The notes beneath the pieces are model-generated. The model was not told where the DNA came from and did not search any database. It worked only from the letters and a program-made list of their open reading frames with translations. Shown piece after piece: positions 33,864-43,833 of a stretch of DNA of 64,000 nt. This stretch comes from Escherichia phage tuntematon, in the sequence record NC_052660.1; one strand, written 5' to 3'. Numbering within the stretch: position 1 is the first letter of the stretch; each line of letters begins with the position of its first letter. A program made the translations under genes and the position numbers.

Positions 33864-33886
33864 AGGCGCACTTTGCGCCTTTTTTG
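33864..33886 (+). terminator. rho-independent terminator
   Basis: aggcgca-ctt-tgcgcct then TTTTTT. Confidence 0.8.
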
Positions 33887-33956
33887 ATTTTCCTCAAAGC
33901 TTTTTTCGGTTAGAAGAGGTAGAATAATAGTTCTACTCACAAAATAAGGATTAATA

Positions 33957-35771
33957 ATGAAAGATTTGTACCAAGATGTTTTTTCTTTTTTAGATCGCAC
34001 TTCAGAAACATACACTAGAGAGAATGCAAACAAACCTTCCCACCTCGTTAACACGCATAGGGATCTCTTGGCGGGGATTTTAAGCAAACATATGGCAATG
34101 ATACAGATACTGCCAAAAAACTTGTCAGAATGGCATACAGAAGGTTTTGGACATATTCACGACTTGGATTATCTGCTCTCTCCTCTTACAAACTGTTGTC
34201 TTGTTAATTATCAAGATATGTTAGAAAATGGTTTTAAGATCGGTGCTGCACAGATAGAAAAACCAAAATCTATTGGAGTAGCTACCACAGTGCTAACTCA
34301 AATCATCCAAGCTGTTGCCTCCAGTCAGTATGGAGGTCAAACGTGTGCACACATTGATAAAGGGCTTAGTCCTTATGTTGAAGCTAGTTTCCTTAAAAAC
34401 ATGGAGATAACCAAACGTCGCTACGGTTGTTATGCAAGGAAAGAAGCCCTAGAAATGACAGAACAAGATGTATATGATGCTATGCAAACTCTCTTGTATC
34501 AGGTTAATACTTTAATGAGTGTTAATGGACAATCTCCTTTTATTACAATCAGTATGGGTCTGGATACCTCTGTTTTTGGCAGAATGATCACAGCCAACTA
34601 TCTTAAAGTGCATAGTAACGGTCTAGGCAAAGATCATGTAACGCCTGTATTCCCTAAAGTTATTTTCTTTTTACAAGAAGGTGTTAACATGAAACCTAGT
34701 GATCCTAACTATGACCTTAAGCAACAAGCTTTGGCATGTTGTGCTGATCGTATTTATCCAGATTTTATTTCTGTTCCTTTGAACAAAGAAGTTACGGGAT
34801 CAGCAGATGGTACTGTTACGAGTATGGGTTGTCGTTCCTTTTTGTCGTACTATGCCACCGAACAAGGAGAAAAATATGATGGACGATTCAACCTTGGAGT
34901 AGTTTCTATCAACTTGCCTCTGATTGCTGCGGAAGCGAGAAGTAAAGGAGAATCTTTCACCTACCTCCTTAATAAACATATGGAGATAGCCTACGATGCT
35001 CACATGCTACGTGTAAACCGTATTAGACATACCAAAGCATCTGAAAACCCTATTCTTTTCATGGAAGGGGCTTTAGCGCGTTTAAATGCCAATGATGAAA
35101 TTGGTGTTTTGTTTGAAGATGGTTATGCTTCTATTAGTATTGGTTATGTAGGTCTTGCCGAAGCTTTGGAAATCCTTTATCCAGAAGAAAAAGATAAAAA
35201 GGAACTTGGTAAAAGCATTCTGCAACATATGAAAGATGTGTGTGCTGTGTTTAAAGAACGATCTAAGCTGGCGTTTAGTCTCTATGGAACTCCAGCAGAA
35301 TCCTTGTGCTATAAGTTTGCAACAGCTTTAAATAAAAAATACCCAGGTTTGGTAGAAAGAGACTATCTTACTAACTCTTTTCATCAACCTGTATGGTTGG
35401 TAACAAATCCTTTTGAAAAATGGGATTATGAAGCAGGTTTTGCACAGATTAGTAATGGTGGTAACATAAGTTATGTCGAAACACCAAACTTAAAGAATAA
35501 CTTAGAAGCTTTGGAGACTTTAGTAGACTACGCTTATGAACATATTCACTATTTTGGTATTAATCAGCCCGTGGATCAATGCTTTAAGTGTGGTTTTCAT
35601 GGAGAATTTAAGGCAACGGCTAAAGGGTTTGAGTGTCCTGATTGTGGCAACCATGAAGAAGAAACTATTTCTGTAGTTAGACGTGTATCAGGGTATCTTT
35701 CTGCCCCTAATTCACGGCCTTACAACAAAGGTAAAATGCAGGAAGTTTTGCAAAGGGAGAAACATCTTTGA
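33957..35771 (+). CDS. nrdD: anaerobic ribonucleoside-triphosphate reductase (class III)
   Basis: C-terminal glycyl-radical motif RVSGYL preceded by Zn-ribbon CFKCGFHG...CPDCG; 604 aa. Confidence 0.9.
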   Translation: MKDLYQDVFSFLDRTSETYTRENANKPSHLVNTHRDLLAGILSKHMAMIQILPKNLSEWHTEGFGHIHDLDYLLSPLTNCCLVNYQDMLENGFKIGAAQIEKPKSIGVATTVLTQIIQAVASSQYGGQTCAHIDKGLSPYVEASFLKNMEITKRRYGCYARKEALEMTEQDVYDAMQTLLYQVNTLMSVNGQSPFITISMGLDTSVFGRMITANYLKVHSNGLGKDHVTPVFPKVIFFLQEGVNMKPSDPNYDLKQQALACCADRIYPDFISVPLNKEVTGSADGTVTSMGCRSFLSYYATEQGEKYDGRFNLGVVSINLPLIAAEARSKGESFTYLLNKHMEIAYDAHMLRVNRIRHTKASENPILFMEGALARLNANDEIGVLFEDGYASISIGYVGLAEALEILYPEEKDKKELGKSILQHMKDVCAVFKERSKLAFSLYGTPAESLCYKFATALNKKYPGLVERDYLTNSFHQPVWLVTNPFEKWDYEAGFAQISNGGNISYVETPNLKNNLEALETLVDYAYEHIHYFGINQPVDQCFKCGFHGEFKATAKGFECPDCGNHEEETISVVRRVSGYLSAPNSRPYNKGKMQEVLQREKHL

Positions 35772-36238
35772 ATTTTGCAGGATATGAACCTGTAGATCTT
35801 ATTAATGGTGAGGGAGTTAGGTGCTCCCTCTGGGTTAGTGGTTGTAGCCACGGTTGTCGTGGCTGTTTTAACCAAAAAGCCTGGTCTTATTCTTATGGGA
35901 AACCGTTCACTCACGAAAATGTAGAGCAAGTTTTAAAAGATTTGTCAAGACCGTTTGTAAAAGGTTTAACAATTTTAGGAGGAGAGCCATTAGATCCACA
36001 GAATATTTACAATGTTAAAAACCTTATAGAAAAGGTTAGAGACGTTTATGGGTCAAGCAAAGATATAATGGTGTATACAGGGTATACTTTTGAGGAAGTG
36101 CCTTTGTATATTAAAAATCTTGTTGACATTATTGTAGACGGAAAGTATGAAATAAACAATCCAACTACAAAACCTTTCAGAGGGTCAGATAATCAAAGAT
36201 TATGGACCAAAACGGCAAGTGGTTGGCAATCAGATTAA
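35768..36238 (+). CDS. nrdG: anaerobic RNR activating enzyme (radical SAM)
   Basis: CSHGCRGC (CxxxCxxC) near N-terminus; immediately after nrdD; TTG start. Confidence 0.8.
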   Translation: MNFAGYEPVDLINGEGVRCSLWVSGCSHGCRGCFNQKAWSYSYGKPFTHENVEQVLKDLSRPFVKGLTILGGEPLDPQNIYNVKNLIEKVRDVYGSSKDIMVYTGYTFEEVPLYIKNLVDIIVDGKYEINNPTTKPFRGSDNQRLWTKTASGWQSD

Positions 36239-36251
36239 CTTAGGAGGTTTC

Positions 36252-36443
36252 ATGGTTACATATTTTGCTGTAGGAGATAGAGTAGGGACGGCAGGAGAAC
36301 TTTTGAAGAACAGTGATCGGGACGTTAAGGACATTCTTGCAACCCTTGTGGATATTTTACAAAGAAAAGAGTTGCTTTCTGATCGAGATGTTGCTAAATT
36401 ACTTGATATCGGAGGAGATGAACTTCAAAGACTTCCATTTTAA
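36252..36443 (+). CDS. hypothetical protein (63 aa)
   Basis: Start moved to ATG 36252 behind RBS TAGGAGG. Confidence 0.45.
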   Translation: MVTYFAVGDRVGTAGELLKNSDRDVKDILATLVDILQRKELLSDRDVAKLLDIGGDELQRLPF

Positions 36444-36458
36444 GTGAGGAGATAAGTA

Positions 36459-37064
36459 ATGCAACATAGTGTAGTAGTCAACATGCCGAATAGTGGGGAT
36501 AAATCTTTTGGTGTTCCTGCTAAAAAAGTGTGGAAAGCCCATTTTCATCTTACTTTATCTAACGTTAGTTCTGAAGAGTTGATGAAAGCAGCTAAGATTA
36601 TTGGTGCCAAATGCACAACAATTGATTTACATCGGGATACAAAGTCTCAACGTGATCGTATGTTAACAAAGTATCAAAGCGATCTCGACACTACTTTAAT
36701 GTTGCAGTGTGTAGAAAAACTTGAGAATGCAGGTTTCAATGTTGTTCGTTACAAACTGGAACGAATGTTTAAACATGTTGCCTGTGTTCTTTTCATGGAT
36801 CTAAGTAAAGAAAATTACGGAGAAGTTCACATTAAGACTTCAGCAAGTGATCCCGAAGTAGAAACAAACTTCTTCCGTATTTCTTCTAATGCTGAAGAAA
36901 TTGATTACCGATTTTATAATGCTCGCTTATATTCCGCAGAAGATAAGTTGCGTTTCAATGAAGCGTATGATATGCTCTTGAACAGTGGGATACAGATAAA
37001 AGGCTACCACATAGAACAAGTGGTAGTGGACAGTAATCTTAACTTAGACGCATGGTGGGCTTAA
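36459..37064 (+). CDS. hypothetical protein
   Basis: ORF-track ORF; one HxTx motif (HFHLTL) but no confident family. Confidence 0.55.
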   Translation: MQHSVVVNMPNSGDKSFGVPAKKVWKAHFHLTLSNVSSEELMKAAKIIGAKCTTIDLHRDTKSQRDRMLTKYQSDLDTTLMLQCVEKLENAGFNVVRYKLERMFKHVACVLFMDLSKENYGEVHIKTSASDPEVETNFFRISSNAEEIDYRFYNARLYSAEDKLRFNEAYDMLLNSGIQIKGYHIEQVVVDSNLNLDAWWA

Positions 37065-37065
37065 T

Positions 37066-37722
37066 ATGACTATTAAACATATCTCTTTTGATGTATGGAA
37101 CACACTGATCACAGCAAACTCCAATTACGCAGACATGCGAGCCTGGACTATCGCAAAATATGGAGATATTACGGAAGTTGAAGCAAGAGCAGCTTATAAA
37201 AAAATCAAAAAGGAACTGGATAATGCAGCACTTCAAGGCAAAGCCGAGTGTGCAGCATACGCCTGGGAAAGACTCGGTTCTGAACTTGGGATAACGCCTT
37301 GGAAGTCTGCAAAGCTTCGTTTCGAGTGTGAACAGTGGTTCCTTAAGTTTCCACCACACGTAGCCGTAGATCTGCCGATGTACTTGCTGTATCTTTCTGG
37401 GCGTTATGATTTGAGTATTAAGAGCAATACCAACTTCATATCAGGGGATATTCTGCGTCGTGCTTGTAAGTTTGATAGTTGGAATTGTTTTGAGTTCACC
37501 CATTTCTCGGATGAAGCTTTACTTTGTAAACCAGATCCGCGATTCTTTGCTCGCACGCTCACGTATTCTCCGATCCCTCTGTTAGGGCACGAAGTATTGC
37601 ACGTAGGCGATAGTGAAGAATATGATGGAAAATGTGTTGACTTAGGATTTAACTTCTGTCATATTAAGAACCCTAACGACTTACTAGAGAAACTTAAAAG
37701 AGGAGAAATTGTAAATGCGTAA
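37066..37722 (+). CDS. HAD-superfamily hydrolase
   Basis: Motif I FDVWNTL (dehalogenase-like DxYxTL type) and motif IV VGDSEEYD. Confidence 0.55.
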   Translation: MTIKHISFDVWNTLITANSNYADMRAWTIAKYGDITEVEARAAYKKIKKELDNAALQGKAECAAYAWERLGSELGITPWKSAKLRFECEQWFLKFPPHVAVDLPMYLLYLSGRYDLSIKSNTNFISGDILRRACKFDSWNCFEFTHFSDEALLCKPDPRFFARTLTYSPIPLLGHEVLHVGDSEEYDGKCVDLGFNFCHIKNPNDLLEKLKRGEIVNA

Positions 37723-38542
37723 TCAAACTCAAATTTTTGCAAATAAATTTGATGACCTGGAAACTGCTACTTTTGATATCCAAGATTATTCAAAATTGAA
37801 ATTTGGTAGTAACCAAGCCGCGCGTCGTATGGGTAAAGAATTGGCACTTCAGTTTTTTGCTCAAGTGGCAATGAAACATATTGGGGAACAATTTGTTATC
37901 ATTCCTTCTCCTTACAACCATGTGCATAATGCTGCAACAATGATGACAGATCATTTTATTAATTACTTTAATATGTTGCAAGCACAATATGATCAAGGTC
38001 GTTCAGCAGAACTGGACATTATTCATCGTAAAGTTAGCTATATCAACGATTATGGTTTCTTGGATAAAGCTAGTCGTAAGAAACTTATTGATGGGGATAC
38101 ATTCTACTGTAACAAAGAATTCTGGGGGGATAAGAAGCTTGTATTCATTGATGATGTAAATATCACTGGAACGCATGAAGACAAACTGATTGAGATCCTT
38201 AATGAAAATCAAGTTAAAAATGATGTTTACTTCCTGTATTTTGCAAAATATGAAGGTAATCAAGCAGATACCGAAGCTAAACTGAATTTTAACTACATTA
38301 ATACACCGGAAGCGTTTGTTAAAATGATTAATGAAGAACGTGATGCACAGTGTCTTGTTCGTCCTATTAAGTATCTTATGGGCCAAAATCATGAAGACTT
38401 CAAAATCATTCTTAGCCAATTGCCACATTACTATGTAGAGCAACTTTTCTTTGGATGCTTGGGAGAAGGTTACAACCGAATTTCAAAGTATGCTGAAAAC
38501 TTTGAATTCTTGGATCGTTACACAAAACAACACATTCTGTAA
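37715..38542 (+). CDS. type I phosphoribosyltransferase-fold protein
   Basis: PRPP-binding loop KLVFIDDVNITGTHEDK. Confidence 0.65.
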   Translation: MRNQTQIFANKFDDLETATFDIQDYSKLKFGSNQAARRMGKELALQFFAQVAMKHIGEQFVIIPSPYNHVHNAATMMTDHFINYFNMLQAQYDQGRSAELDIIHRKVSYINDYGFLDKASRKKLIDGDTFYCNKEFWGDKKLVFIDDVNITGTHEDKLIEILNENQVKNDVYFLYFAKYEGNQADTEAKLNFNYINTPEAFVKMINEERDAQCLVRPIKYLMGQNHEDFKIILSQLPHYYVEQLFFGCLGEGYNRISKYAENFEFLDRYTKQHIL

Positions 38543-38555
38543 TAAGGAGCTAAAA

Positions 38556-39029
38556 ATGCTTAAAATGAAAACAGGTAATCTTATTGATGCCGCTAAAGCA
38601 GGTGAAGTAACTGTTATTGCTCATTGTTGCAACTGTATGTGTAATATGGGGGCAGGTATTGCCCCACAAATCAAACGAGCATTTCCTTACGCATATGCAG
38701 CAGACTTAGACACAATGGCTGGTGATCAAAGTAAACTAGGTTGTTTTAGTTTAGGGGTGCCAGACGAACAATCAGACCCTTTGGTATATAATCTATACGG
38801 GCAATACCGTTACGGATACAATGCTAAAGGTCGTCAGTTGGACTATGATGCACTTTACGATGCACTAATAGCTATGGCTAACGATTTGCTTCTCCGTGAC
38901 CAAAAATGTAAGATCGGCTTACCTATGATTGGCGCTGGACATGCTGGAGGTAATTGGGCTATCATCCAAGTGATGATTGAAGAAACTTTAGTAAAAACAG
39001 GTCACGATGTGACTATTTATAAACTTTAA
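38556..39029 (+). CDS. macrodomain protein (ADP-ribose binding/hydrolase)
   Basis: VTVIAHCCNCMCNMGAGIAPQIKRAFP and IGLPMIGAGHAGG match macrodomain signature blocks; start moved to ATG 38556 behind AAGGAG. Confidence 0.7.
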   Translation: MLKMKTGNLIDAAKAGEVTVIAHCCNCMCNMGAGIAPQIKRAFPYAYAADLDTMAGDQSKLGCFSLGVPDEQSDPLVYNLYGQYRYGYNAKGRQLDYDALYDALIAMANDLLLRDQKCKIGLPMIGAGHAGGNWAIIQVMIEETLVKTGHDVTIYKL

Positions 39030-39041
39030 GAGGAGATTAGT

Positions 39042-39263
39042 ATGGGTGTTTTTGCAGGTATTGTTGCAGTGGTAAGCTTTTTTGTTATTGCTTTTATGCT
39101 TAGTTTGATTCCAGCTTGGTTACTGTTGCTGGCTTACAACTATGTTGCTGAAGTTATGGGTCATGCAGATATCACTGTCCCAGTAACCTTCTGGACCGTG
39201 GTTTGTGTTTCGTTTATTCTGGCTGTATTACGAGGAATCTTTTCCTCTCATTCAACAAAATAA
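39042..39263 (+). CDS. small membrane protein
   Basis: Two hydrophobic helices. Confidence 0.5.
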   Translation: MGVFAGIVAVVSFFVIAFMLSLIPAWLLLLAYNYVAEVMGHADITVPVTFWTVVCVSFILAVLRGIFSSHSTK

Positions 39264-39342
39264 GTGTTGACATAGTTCTTAAAAAGAGTAAGATATATCA
39301 CATGAAGCGGGGAATAGTTCCCCGCAAAGAGAGGAGAAAAGA

Positions 39343-40317
39343 ATGCAACTTGGTTTCCCAATTATTGATGTAGTTGTTTTAGTTGGTATTTTAGCATTGT
39401 CTATTGGTATTGATTTCTTTGGTCACAAAGAAAATAAAGAAATTTCATTCAAATCCGCAGTTGGTTGGTCGATCTTTTGGATTGGTGTATCATTAGCTTA
39501 TTATGGTTTTGTATACTTCCAACATGGTGCCGATTTTGCTAACTTGTTTTTAAGTGGATATGTGTTGGAAAAATCTTTGTCGGTAGATAACTTGGTAGTA
39601 TTTGTAGCAGTATTCGCAAGTTTTGGTATTAAAAGCACACACTTGCAGCACAAGATTCTACTTTGGGGTATTGCAGGTGCGATTGTCTTCCGAGGTGTGT
39701 TTGTAGCAGTAGGCACTTACTTGTTAAGTTTGGGCTGGTATGTTAATATCTTCTTCGGTGCGGTCATCCTTTTCTGTGCAGCTAAAATGGTATTTGCTGG
39801 AGATAATGACGCAGAAGTTGATTACTCTAAACACTGGGCTACCCGTATTGTTCGTAAACTGTTCCCTGTATCTAATAAAATGGATGGGGAGAAGTTCTTC
39901 ACAATCGAAAATGGTGTTCGTGTAGCAACTCCAGCTTTGGTTTGCGTATTCGTGATGGAAATGGTGGATGTAATCTTTGCAGTAGATTCGGTTCCAGCGG
40001 TGATCGCAGTGACACAAGAACCCCTGCTTGTATTCTCTTCGATGTTATGTGCAATCTTAGGTCTACGTGCTCTGTTCTTTGTTCTTAGTGTCGCACTGAA
40101 GTATCTGGTTCACTTGGAGAAAGCAGTTATTGTGGTTCTGGTGTTTGTAGGCGTTAAACTGATGTATCACCCGTTTGCAGAAACATTGCATGAGAAAATC
40201 AGTTTCCTGCCAGCACATATTGATCCAACTGTTAGTATGTATATCGTGCTTGGTACTTTGGCCCTTGGTGTTATTGCAAGCTTTATCTTCCCTGAAAAAG
40301 AAGAAGCTACTGTTTAA
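39343..40317 (+). CDS. TerC-family integral membrane protein
   Basis: Polytopic membrane protein with LEKSLSVDNLVVFVAVF motif typical of TerC. Confidence 0.6.
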   Translation: MQLGFPIIDVVVLVGILALSIGIDFFGHKENKEISFKSAVGWSIFWIGVSLAYYGFVYFQHGADFANLFLSGYVLEKSLSVDNLVVFVAVFASFGIKSTHLQHKILLWGIAGAIVFRGVFVAVGTYLLSLGWYVNIFFGAVILFCAAKMVFAGDNDAEVDYSKHWATRIVRKLFPVSNKMDGEKFFTIENGVRVATPALVCVFVMEMVDVIFAVDSVPAVIAVTQEPLLVFSSMLCAILGLRALFFVLSVALKYLVHLEKAVIVVLVFVGVKLMYHPFAETLHEKISFLPAHIDPTVSMYIVLGTLALGVIASFIFPEKEEATV

Positions 40318-40323
40318 TAAATG

Positions 40324-40348
40324 AGCCTCCTTCGGGAGGCTATTTTAT
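40324..40348 (+). terminator. rho-independent terminator
   Basis: agcctcc-ttcg-ggaggct then ATTTTAT. Confidence 0.75.
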
Positions 40349-40359
40349 AGGAGAGACTT

Positions 40360-40710
40360 ATGAGTAATTTTGATGAAATTCAAGAACTTGTTTGGGATTT
40401 ATCTGGTGATGTGGATTACATTTCAGATTATCTTTCAAAAGTTTACCCTGGGGTAAGCGTTATGATTGTGACCAAAGATCCAATTAATTTGCCTCCTAAT
40501 GTTGTAGCTTGTTGTGGAAGTGGTTCAGGAGAAGTAGAGCCTGTATCTCGTTGGGAATTAACTAAAGCTGTTTCAAAACGAAACGGTGAAGTTTTGAATA
40601 TTGATATTGAGCAAATATGGACTTCTCCAGCAGCCAAATGGAATGATCCAAATGGTTGGGATTTGTTCTTCTGGGATAATGAGACTGATGATGAGGTGTT
40701 TTTAAAATGA
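40360..40710 (+). CDS. hypothetical protein
   Basis: ORF-track ORF; RBS AGGAGAG. Confidence 0.55.
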   Translation: MSNFDEIQELVWDLSGDVDYISDYLSKVYPGVSVMIVTKDPINLPPNVVACCGSGSGEVEPVSRWELTKAVSKRNGEVLNIDIEQIWTSPAAKWNDPNGWDLFFWDNETDDEVFLK

Positions 40711-40893
40711 AATACTTGTTGGTTGTGTTTGAAAATATCTGTTTTGCAATAGGGTTGTTTGTTGTAATTTTTGTATTGACAAGCGTAATCAACGGCAGTA
40801 AAGTGAGTTTATACCGAGATGGAGAGCAACTTTATTGCTTCTCTGGAGATTTCAAACACAGATGTATTAATAGCCAAAACGAGGAAAGCAAAT

Positions 40894-41331
40894 ATGAAAA
40901 AACTAGCCCTGATTTTAATTGGTTGTATCTTTTTAACAGCTTGCGAGGATGAAACAAATCCTGCACAATACCAACAACCTCCTCAACAATACGCTCAACA
41001 AGGATCTGACGGAGATACAACTATTATCAACAATGGTGGCGGTTCTAGTAGTAGCGGTGTTGGTGAGTTTGCTACAGGTATGTTGTTAGGGCATATGATG
41101 AGTGGCGGTAGTAATCGTAACAGTGGGGATTATAACGATAACAGAACGATTATTAATAAGCATTATAATACACCTAAACCGAAAACTAATTTTTATGGTA
41201 AGCCTAAACAAGAGATAAAAACTTATGAAAAGCCGAGACAAACTTTTAAAACAAATAGTAGCTATACAACTCGTAAATCTTACAATAGCCCTTTAAGTAA
41301 AAAGAGTTCATCTCGTAGCAAGCGACGTTAA
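40894..41331 (+). CDS. lipoprotein, low-complexity Q/P/S/G/N-rich
   Basis: Start moved to ATG 40894 (MKKLALILIGCIFLTAC lipobox) behind RBS GAGGAAAG. Confidence 0.5.
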   Translation: MKKLALILIGCIFLTACEDETNPAQYQQPPQQYAQQGSDGDTTIINNGGGSSSSGVGEFATGMLLGHMMSGGSNRNSGDYNDNRTIINKHYNTPKPKTNFYGKPKQEIKTYEKPRQTFKTNSSYTTRKSYNSPLSKKSSSRSKRR

Positions 41332-41345
41332 TAAGGAGAAAAACA

Positions 41346-41939
41346 ATGACAATTTCTATTCGTACTTCCATCGTAGGTGTTAAAAGGTTGCCTAATGCTT
41401 TGCAAATCACACGCGCTTTGAGGGATACATTCTCTGCTGTGGACGAGCATAAGATGCTTGATAATCTTTCAAATTGGCCCTATTTCCATTATTTTAAAAA
41501 TGAAGATGACGAGTTTATAGACGCTGTTTCTTATGGTTATGATTTCGGTAAGGAGGTTTCTGCTGAAGAATTTGTAGCTATGGTGTTCCCAAACGGTTTG
41601 CCTACTCGCAGTAAACGTAAAAAAGGACCAAAAAACAAGAAACGTGCTACTAATAAAGCTACCATTTTCTTTACTGATGGCACACAATATACGATTAAAG
41701 ATTTTGAAGAGGTATCTTATACAGCAGGTGGGAATCTTTCTTTCTACACCATCAAAAAACAAAACTCTACGTTCAGCCATGTTTCTAACATGATTGAAAT
41801 GTTAGTAGAAGATATTGAAAGCGTAGCTGTGTTAGGTATGCATAAAAGCTTTTTAATTACAAATATTTCAGATTTCAGTGCAAGTTTATCTGGCCCTGAT
41901 TTTGAAGCCACGACCACACATTTCGCTTTTAAGGTGTAA
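41346..41939 (+). CDS. hypothetical protein
   Basis: ORF-track ORF. Confidence 0.55.
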   Translation: MTISIRTSIVGVKRLPNALQITRALRDTFSAVDEHKMLDNLSNWPYFHYFKNEDDEFIDAVSYGYDFGKEVSAEEFVAMVFPNGLPTRSKRKKGPKNKKRATNKATIFFTDGTQYTIKDFEEVSYTAGGNLSFYTIKKQNSTFSHVSNMIEMLVEDIESVAVLGMHKSFLITNISDFSASLSGPDFEATTTHFAFKV

Positions 41940-41942
41940 GTT

Positions 41943-42533
41943 ATGCATACCGAGAGAGACTTGCAACTCTTGTGGTGGGAAGTGATGCAGGAAATAAAAG
42001 AAGATTTTCCTGTTTACTACAACATGTTACGTGAAGCAGGATATAAAGCTTGTGTTAGAAACAAAGTGAATAACTCTTTCGGTTGGTGCAACTACCGAGA
42101 TAAAATTGTTGTTGTAAATTGGCACTTGCATAAGAACTCCACAAGAGATATGATCGTGGATACAATGAAGCACGAAATTGCTCATGCTATTGATGGTTGT
42201 ATGGGTAAGTTTAGTAGGCACGGTGCTCATTGGCAAAAACTGGCAGCAGAATTAGGGGCTAATCCTAAAGCCACTTCCAAAGAGCCGTTGAACCACGAAT
42301 ATAAATATGTTCTTGTTCTGGTAGATAGGTTTGCGACAAGATGTGTTAGAGGTTATAATCGTAAACCTAATCGCATGTACCCAGGTAAGCAACCTAATAT
42401 GTGGTTGAAATCAGATAAAGAAGGGACCGAAGGAAAATTATGGTTGTATAAATGGGACGATTGGGTTAAAGTAGCTAAAGAGTACGGTGTTTCACCATAT
42501 ATAAGAGATGCAGAAGAGGAGAATGAAGAATGA
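41943..42533 (+). CDS. SprT-like zinc metallopeptidase
   Basis: HExxH motif MKHEIAHAIDG with downstream His; SprT-like length. Confidence 0.55.
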   Translation: MHTERDLQLLWWEVMQEIKEDFPVYYNMLREAGYKACVRNKVNNSFGWCNYRDKIVVVNWHLHKNSTRDMIVDTMKHEIAHAIDGCMGKFSRHGAHWQKLAAELGANPKATSKEPLNHEYKYVLVLVDRFATRCVRGYNRKPNRMYPGKQPNMWLKSDKEGTEGKLWLYKWDDWVKVAKEYGVSPYIRDAEEENEE

Positions 42534-43642
42534 CAAGTCCATTTTTAAAAGCAGCTACTGGTGGTCAGAAGAAGCCTGAAATGAGCGTATTTGCTGCAAC
42601 AACAGATGCAAGTAAATCTGTATTCGCTCCAAGCGTGTTAGATGCCAGTCCTGTTTATGCACCAGCGGCACCGCAAGAAGTTCCAGTTTTGCCTTCTATG
42701 ACCCGACAAGAGATCGAAGAGATTGGGGCAGAGGCAGGAACAACCTTGCGTTCCTTGAATGCCGAGGTATTAAAACATCAACGTAGTAATCAAGGCGATC
42801 AGATGAGTGAACGACTCACAGCTTTGATTAAACAGGCAAAACAACTTGATCCAAACTCTATTAAACAAAGCAAGGGTATTACTAAACTCATTAAAAAAGT
42901 TATGGGTATGAAAGAAGACCTGTTTGGGGAGTTTGATAATGTTAATAACCGTATTGAAGAGTTGGTAAAGAACCTTCAAATGGATATTCGCAAAGAAGAA
43001 GATTCCTTGGTATATCTTGAAAAGCTACATCAAGCTATTGGACAGTATGCTGCAAGTTTGAACCGAGATATGCAGCTTCTAACAGCAACCTATGAAAAAG
43101 AAGAACAAGCTTTGGCTGCTCTTCCAGAAGATGCAGTAGAACAGCGACAAGTGATCCGAGATACTTTGGATCTTCTGGAGATTCGTATTGCAGATTTAAA
43201 AGCATTGCGCCTACTGTGTGTCCAAATGGGACCGCGTGTACAAGGTATGCAAAAAGTTTCTGCAAGCTTAATGCGATCTGCGCGTAACATAGTAAATAAT
43301 GTTATTCCTGCTTACTCTGCTAACTTCTCAATGTATATCGAGAGCTTACGTCAAATGAAAGCAGCAGAGACGCAGAATAACGTTCTTGATGAATTTAACC
43401 TGGCAATTAAACTGGGTAGCGATCTTGCCACACAGAATCAGATCGAAGCAGCAGCACTGGCTAACCGTCAAGTGTTGGATATTGAAACTCTGCGTCACGA
43501 TCAGGAAAACTTGGTTAAGATGTTGGAAGAAACTAACCGCATCAATACGGAAGCCCGTGCTGCTCGTGTTGATTATATTAATGAAGTTCAATCTCTGGAA
43601 GACGGGATGGTAGCTGCTGTGAAACGAGGGCTTGGTAAATGA
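42530..43642 (+). CDS. TelA-like (toxic anion resistance family) coiled-coil protein
   Basis: 370-aa mostly helical protein of TelA-like size, sitting between TerC and TerD genes; family call is tentative. Confidence 0.45.
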   Translation: MTSPFLKAATGGQKKPEMSVFAATTDASKSVFAPSVLDASPVYAPAAPQEVPVLPSMTRQEIEEIGAEAGTTLRSLNAEVLKHQRSNQGDQMSERLTALIKQAKQLDPNSIKQSKGITKLIKKVMGMKEDLFGEFDNVNNRIEELVKNLQMDIRKEEDSLVYLEKLHQAIGQYAASLNRDMQLLTATYEKEEQALAALPEDAVEQRQVIRDTLDLLEIRIADLKALRLLCVQMGPRVQGMQKVSASLMRSARNIVNNVIPAYSANFSMYIESLRQMKAAETQNNVLDEFNLAIKLGSDLATQNQIEAAALANRQVLDIETLRHDQENLVKMLEETNRINTEARAARVDYINEVQSLEDGMVAAVKRGLGK

Positions 43643-43833
43643 GAATCCGTATCTATATAATTGATGAAGACATTGGTGTCCGTTATGATGACGAAAAACG
43701 ATTCGCACCGATGGGAGGTATATATCCCCCAAGTGTTCTAGCAGTTTGTCGTGATTGTTATATTTATGAAGGTTGTCGTAACTTCCGTAAATTCGAACTC
43801 CTTGCAGATATTGACTTCAATGAGGAGGAGTAA
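43639..43833 (+). CDS. hypothetical Cys-containing protein
   Basis: ORF-track ORF, ATGA overlap. Confidence 0.5.
   Translation: MRIRIYIIDEDIGVRYDDEKRFAPMGGIYPPSVLAVCRDCYIYEGCRNFRKFELLADIDFNEEE

Noticed and set aside
37715-38542. Interpreting the PRTase as part of a phage NAD+ reconstitution pathway (Prs-like or NAMPT-like enzyme)
   Set aside because: The protein is a small type I PRTase without Prs or NAMPT hallmarks and no NMNAT-like partner was seen; kept only as an alternative hypothesis to the Ter-linked role.
40707-40952. 81-aa + ORF overlapping the start of the lipoprotein gene
   Set aside because: Would overlap the lipoprotein gene (40894..41331) by about 60 nt in another frame; might be a real small membrane protein but evidence is insufficient.
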